NCBI GenBank assembly: GCA_963693365.1
Contig: CAVNZM010000008.1
Location: 930,001 to 994,000, forward strand
From: Amoebidium appalachense
Lineage: Eukaryota > Protista > Ichthyosporea
Reading direction: 5' to 3'
Length of the DNA: 64,000 bases
Shown: piece after piece, positions 58,284 through 64,000 of the stretch
How positions within the stretch are numbered: the first letter of the stretch is position 1
How the letters are laid out: each line of letters opens with the position of its first letter
Program-made: the position numbers and the translations under genes
The notes under the pieces: generated by a model
What the model was told of the DNA's origin: nothing
Databases searched by the model: none
Seen by the model: only the letters and a program-made list of their open reading frames with translations

Positions 58284-59848
58284 GGGGCTTTGGGAAGCTG
58301 AAATTTTGAAACGCCCCCTTGGGGGGGGGGGGGGGGGGGGGGGGGAGTCTGGAAGACGGAGGAAAGAAGGCCTGAGGAGGCATGTACACATGTGTGTGTG
58401 TGTGTGTGTGTGTTTTTGTGTTTAGTGTGCATGTGTGGTGAGGGGAAGGGGGGGGGAAGGGGTTCAAAGCATGGGGAGGGGCACCCACCTCTCGTGGCTG
58501 GCTCAGGGGGAGGGGGGTTTTCACCGCGCACACACCCCGCAGGCTGCCATGTCCGTGACTATATCAGATGATGTCCGGGGCATGGGACTAAGAGTCGGAA
58601 TCATTTATAAGCGGTGTACGTATACACATGTGTGCGTGTGTCTGTATATCACCGGGCGGGGAGAGGGGGGTGAGGGGGGGGGGCACGTACAGGGCCGGTA
58701 CGTACCTGCACACACATGCACCACGTGCATGCACACAGAAACCTGTACATGTGGCATCCAAGTGTACATGGCATGCAGGTGCAGATACAAGCATAGTATT
58801 ATCATTTTAATTGTTAATGGAAATGTGTACGCAATTAAAGCCTCTTACGTGCTCACACGACTAATCGAATATAAGTCAGGTCACCAAGAAAAAGGTAAAC
58901 ACTCACCCATATTCACGAACCCGGCATTTACGCATGCCTGCAGGCACACACACGCGCGCGCACACACACACATGCTGCGGTGTACACACTGGCGCACAGG
59001 CTCACACGTGTACAGGCACACGCACTGTGGCACTTGACACACGTCGTCGCCTCGCGTGACATGCCAATTGAATTTCGATTTGAGTACATGATATGCTCAA
59101 GGTGCACACACATGCGTGCACAAGCACACACTACTTCTCTCTCCCTTTGGGGGTTCCCCGGAGTCTTCACTCCTCGTATGCTCTCCCCTCCCCCCCTCTC
59201 CACCCCCGTCCCGGGAAGTCCCCCCCCCTCCCCCCTCCCCCCGCCGCCTGCAGCCGAACCTCTCTCCTTCTCCCCTCTTGCCCCCTCCCCCCCCCCCCCT
59301 CCCCCCCTCTCCCCCCCCCCCCCCCCCCCCCCCCCCCGGGTCCCCTGGAATCTTCACTCCTCGTGACTCCCCCTCCCCTTCACCCCCCTCCTCCCCCCTC
59401 CCCCCTTGCCCTCCCCTCCCCTCTCTCTCTCTCCCCCCCCCCCCCCCCCCCCCCCCCCCCCTGCCTCCCCCCCCCTGCCTCCCCCCCCCCTCCCACCCCC
59501 CCCCCCCTTCCCCCTCAAACCCGTGTCCCCCGCTAGCTTCTCTCGAGCGCACACACGTGCTGGAATGTATTGCCAACAACACAACCTGGGTGGAGTCAAG
59601 GGTCGCGAGAGAGAGTTGTTTGGCCATTGCGCCTAAGTGAGAGGGGGGGGGGGGGGGAGGAGGGGGGAAGAGGGTGTGGGGGAAGGGGGGGGGGGCACGC
59701 CATTTTTATATTGAACAGGTGGGTTCCCTCTCAGGCCCCCTCCGGAAGGGGAGACTGAGGGGGGTTACCTACCCCACGAGCAGGTGGGTTCCCTCATCCG
59801 GGGGGAGGCCCTCAAGAGGGTTACCAAAGGGGATTTTCGAATTTGAAT

Positions 59849-59885
<37 letters not shown>

Positions 59886-60517
59886 GTAGTTAATATCGAC
59901 ATCCACGCTGGTGGTACCCCCCGCCCCCCTCCCCCCTTCCTCCCCCCCCCCCCCCCCCCCCCCCCTTCCCCCCCACCTGCCCATGCGATTATTATGGCCA
60001 GTAAGTTACTTTTCCATCTACCAAAGTTGTACGTGTATTCGTTACTTTTTCTTTTTTTTGAGGCATTGCTCCCGTCCTGGCCACAGATGCACATCCCCTC
60101 CCCCCCCCCCCTCTCCCCCGCGCTTCCCCCCCCCTCCGCGCGCGCGCACGCACACACACACACGCACACACACGCACACACACACACACACGCACACACA
60201 CGTTCAATGGTCAACTATTTCTAAGTTAGTATTGGGGGCAAAGTTATCGTGCTTAATGTGCAGTGTTGGTGTGCCTATCTGTGTGGCGGGGAATGTATGT
60301 GTGTGTGGTGTGGGTGAGTGTATCTGCATGTTCATGTCGGGTGCTCATCGCTGGTCAAAGTTTGTGCACCTCGTGTGCGCGTGTGGTACATGCGTGTGCA
60401 GGTACGTGTGAATTGAATACGTGTGAGTGTGTGCTGCGTGTGTGCGTGGTGGGGCGACTAGAGACGAGTACGAGAGGGGGGCGAGGAGAGGGGGGGGGAG
60501 GGGGGGACAGGGGGCCG

Positions 60518-60554
<37 letters not shown>

Positions 60555-60790
60555 GTATGACCTTTTGACATAGCCTGAGTTTCAGGTGAATCAGATCAAG
60601 AGTGACTTCCGTTAGTTAGCCTCAATGTTAACGTTTTGGGAATGTAAGTAAACCGCTGCTAAAAATCGTACTATATTTGATCGGGTTATCTGATATAGTC
60701 ATATCGTGATTGCAGCCTATGGGGTTGGAGGGGGGGGGAACCCACCTACTGAGGTGCATGTAGTGGGTACCCCCCCCCCCCCCTCCCACC

Positions 60791-60904
60791 CCCCTTGCTA
60801 GCCGGAGGGGTGCTGGGTCTCATCCTCCCCCCTCCGGGGGGTTGGACCCACCTGTCCAATTGCAAGGGGATGGGTGGGTCCCTCCCTCCCCCCCCCCCCT
60901 CCCC

Positions 60905-60956
<52 letters not shown>

Positions 60957-61046
60957 TTGCTAGCCGGAGGGGTGGTGGGTCCCCTTCTCCCCCCTCCGGG
61001 GGGGTGGACCCACTTGTCCAACTGCAAGGGGATGGGTGGGTCCCTC
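60791..61046. repeat. Two direct copies of a ~94-bp GC-rich unit with nested inverted repeats, separated by a C-run
   Basis: CCCCTTGCTAGCCGGAGGGG...GCAAGGGGATGGGTGGGTCC at 60791-60884 and 60953-61046. Confidence 0.85.
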
Positions 61047-61202
61047 CCCCTCCCCCCCCCCCCCTCCCCCCCCCCCCCCCCTCTCCCCCCCCCCTCCCCC
61101 CCAAATGTTGCTACTACCCCCCTCCCCGTTTCAAAATCAAGAATCCCTAAGGTGGCCGGGACTGAATGTTTGCTTCGTAGATAGATTATGCTGTCCCTGG
61201 CC

Positions 61203-61243
<41 letters not shown>

Positions 61244-61979
61244 AAAAAATTGAAATACAATCAACCCCCCTCCCCCCCCCGGCCCTTGTCCTTGCCCAAC
61301 CCCTCTCCCCCTCAAGACCCCCCCTTTTCCTTCCACATAGTTTTTCGGCTCCCTCCCCCCTCCCCCCCCCCTCCCCCCCCCCCCCCCCCCCCCCGGCCCT
61401 CACTCTCCCGCCTTCCTCCTCTTCTTTGTTTGCTGGTTCGCCTTTTTGTCTTTTGGTAGGTTACGAGTCGTTGTCTGTTTGCCCGGGATGGGAGGCCTGG
61501 GAACGTTCTGTAGGGGGAGAGAGAGGGGGGGACGAGGGGGGGAACGAGCAGGTGTGCTCTTAATAGTGGACAGGAGAATATACGGTTTTCTTCTTTTGTA
61601 AAGTAACCCGACTCCTGATGTATCACACTGCAAATATGTATTAGTAACCCCCCCCCCTTCAAATTAAACTGACACCAGATTTAACTGACGATCACATAGA
61701 CCAAGTACTATCAGCACCCAGTCACGATGCAACTACCACACTGCACATTCCATTGGCCCAGTGTGCACACAGTACATCAACACGGTTCACTATTCTACAC
61801 GTGCCTTGTTGCCGCTTACAAATACCAAACAGTATCATATAGGCCCGGGACTGACGGCACGTGTGTCAATGGGTTGGTGTTCTCTATGCTTGGCGACCTT
61901 GCAATTGCACTGATCTGTGCCCTCCGTGAAATTGCACTCCCCTGGACGCAGAAGCCACCCACCAGAGGGGTGGGAAGAG

Positions 61980-62010
<31 letters not shown>

Positions 62011-62538
62011 GGGGTGCGTGGGTTGGTGGGGATGGGGATGGGGGGGACGGGGGGGGATTTAATGATTCCACGAGAGCCATCCATGTTTTCAGTTCGAATT
62101 CAAGCAGTTAACAAATTTGAGGCGGAGGGAAATTCATGTGTACTTCCAAATCTGCATGGTTGGTAAATGGTTGGCAGCGAAGAAATGCGGGAGAATGGTA
62201 AGTAAAACTGAATGCATATGTGTCCTTAGGGGAAAGGTGGTCTAAACGTGCTAAAAGTACCTTGCCGAATACAACTGCACACCATGGAAACACACTGGCA
62301 GATGTGCAGAAATATGATGCCATACAAAACACACACACTCGCTCTGTCTCTGTGTGTGTTTGCTTTACTGGGGGGGGCGGCGGGCGGGGAAGGGCCAGTA
62401 ATCACTGGAGCCAGGTGAACTTTGCAAAGTACTAAGATACACTGCGTCAAGTGCAACACGGTGGAAACTTGCGGCATGCACACACATAAAAGCAAGTAGC
62501 AGACTGTTCTCGGGCCCATTCAGTAAAGGAGCTAGCAA

Positions 62539-62615
<77 letters not shown>

Positions 62616-62617
<2 letters not shown>

Positions 62618-62759
62618 TGAATGCGGAACACGGTACAAAGTACGCATACACGACGAGAAGCATGGTGCAGGACACATGCAAAGGCAAACATTCAAGTATG
62701 CAACATCAGCCATGTGCACAGTATGCGTCATAAGCAGAGCCCATCCTCAGGGAGGACCC
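62616..62759 (-). mobile_element. Structured interspersed repeat, subfamily 1, short truncated copy
   Basis: Matches the first ~140 bp of the 20642 copy; abuts a long G-run. Confidence 0.85.
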
Positions 62760-62966
62760 GGGGCTAAATGGTGGTTGGGGTGATCCTGAATAAAAAGTCA
62801 CAGAAATGGCTTGACTGTTTATTGGCGGTATCCATGTTGAACACCAGTCAGCCCCCCTCGGCTGCTGGTTTTTACCATTCACCCCCCCCCCCCCACCCAC
62901 CCACCCACCCCCACCACACATATGCATACGGGTGACGGTGTTTTTCACGTTTTGTTGTGTGGATGT

Positions 62967-63013
<47 letters not shown>

Positions 63014-63355
63014 GAAGGCGATGTAGAGGCTATGCAAGACACCGTGACCTTGAGTTAGAGAATAATGGTGGGACCACAGAGAAACAGACGGAAGATGAGG
63101 CATGCAGCTTTCCAAAGTGAACCCACACATCACAAATCTGTTTAATATCTACGACGGATATGGCAATACAGGTAAAACAAATACAAACAGGGGTACCAGT
63201 GCCTACCCATTAAACCACCACTGATAAAAAGCCCGTCGTTTCTCACAGCTTGCATAACTGGCACGGACCCCCCTCCCCCCCCCCCCCCCCCCCCTTTTCC
63301 CATCTTTGTGAGCACAAAAACATGCAACTTCAAATCCATCCTCTAACCCCTTCCC

Positions 63356-63358
<3 letters not shown>

Positions 63359-63412
<54 letters not shown>
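63359..63412 (+). repeat. Long poly(A) tract
   Basis: About 54 consecutive A; the longest A-run in the window. Confidence 0.85.
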
Positions 63413-63413
<1 letters not shown>

Positions 63414-63546
63414 CGCCCCGGCCCTCTGTCATCGGCTTCGAGGCAAAGTAGTTACGACCAATAACTCCCTCAAATAACATAGCCATGGCATCACCATGTA
63501 TATTTCAACTGTGACAGAACCATGCATGGTTAACAGTCCCCTGCCT

Positions 63547-63578
<32 letters not shown>

Positions 63579-63580
<2 letters not shown>

Positions 63581-64000
63581 AAAGAAGACCAGCCACCATT
63601 CCCCTCCACAAGAAAGAATACACAGCACACAAACACACAATTAACCCTCTCCTTTCCTCCCCTGCCTGCCTGTCTCCCCCCCCCCACCACCACACACACA
63701 CAAAAGAGAGAGAACGAGGAGAGAGATAACCCCCCCCCCACCCCCCCCCCAAAAAAAAAAGAAGACCAGCCATCCCTTCCCCTCCACAAGAAAGAATACA
63801 CAGCACACAAACACACAATTAACCCTCTCCTTTCCTCCCCTGCCTGCCTGTCTCCGCCCCCCACCACACACACACAAAAGAGAGAGAACGAGGAGAGAGA
63901 TACCCCCCCCCCCCCCCCCAAAAGAAGACCAGCCATCCCTTCCCCTCCACAAGAAAGAATACACAGCACACAAACACACAATTAACCCTCTCCTTTCCCT
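63579..64000. repeat. Minisatellite with a ~160-180-bp unit, at least 2.5 copies, running off the window end
   Basis: AAGAAGACCAGCCA...CCCCTCCACAAGAAAGAATACACAGCACACAAACACACAATTAACCCTCTCCTTTCC repeats near 63580, 63760 and 63920. Confidence 0.9.

Noticed and set aside
58549-58612. Peptide MSVTISDDVRGMGLRVGIIYKR resembling a lumazine synthase N-terminus
   Set aside because: No downstream exons with the WN, VPGS-x-E-L-P or other family motifs could be found; probably chance.
59537-63520. Scattered exon-like blocks (for example near 59537-59636, 61835-61943 and 62261-62294)
   Set aside because: They could not be chained into a phase-consistent, recognisable protein.

Overview
Eukaryotic nuclear DNA with GT-AG introns filled with (CA)n/(GT)n, (GA)n, (GCAC)n, (GGCA)n and long G/C homopolymers; most ORFs in the supplied track are artefacts of these repeats. 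Fungal-type ILV5/ILV6 genes, a two-component response regulator and many introns suggest a non-animal unicellular opisthokont (inference only). Manual splicing with phase-consistent exons gives eight genes: an ankyrin-repeat protein ending in a CaaX box, an intronless OsmC-family peroxidase, an equilibrative nucleoside transporter, a 13-exon REC-REC-bHLH protein, a NEK1-like kinase, an orphan secreted protein, and a head-to-head ILV6/ILV5 pair. Two candidates for a novel system stand out. The first is a transcription factor that fuses two phosphorelay receiver domains to a group-B bHLH domain. The second is a ~452-bp non-coding mobile element family at six loci: every copy ends at a poly-G/C tract, some occur as 1.x head-to-tail units, and the minus strand carries a pseudoknotted RNA fold supported by compensatory changes between subfamilies (retrozyme- or circular-RNA-like). 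No gene could be supported at 45.3-48.6 kb or 57.5-64 kb. All gene models were built by eye and need RNA-seq confirmation.
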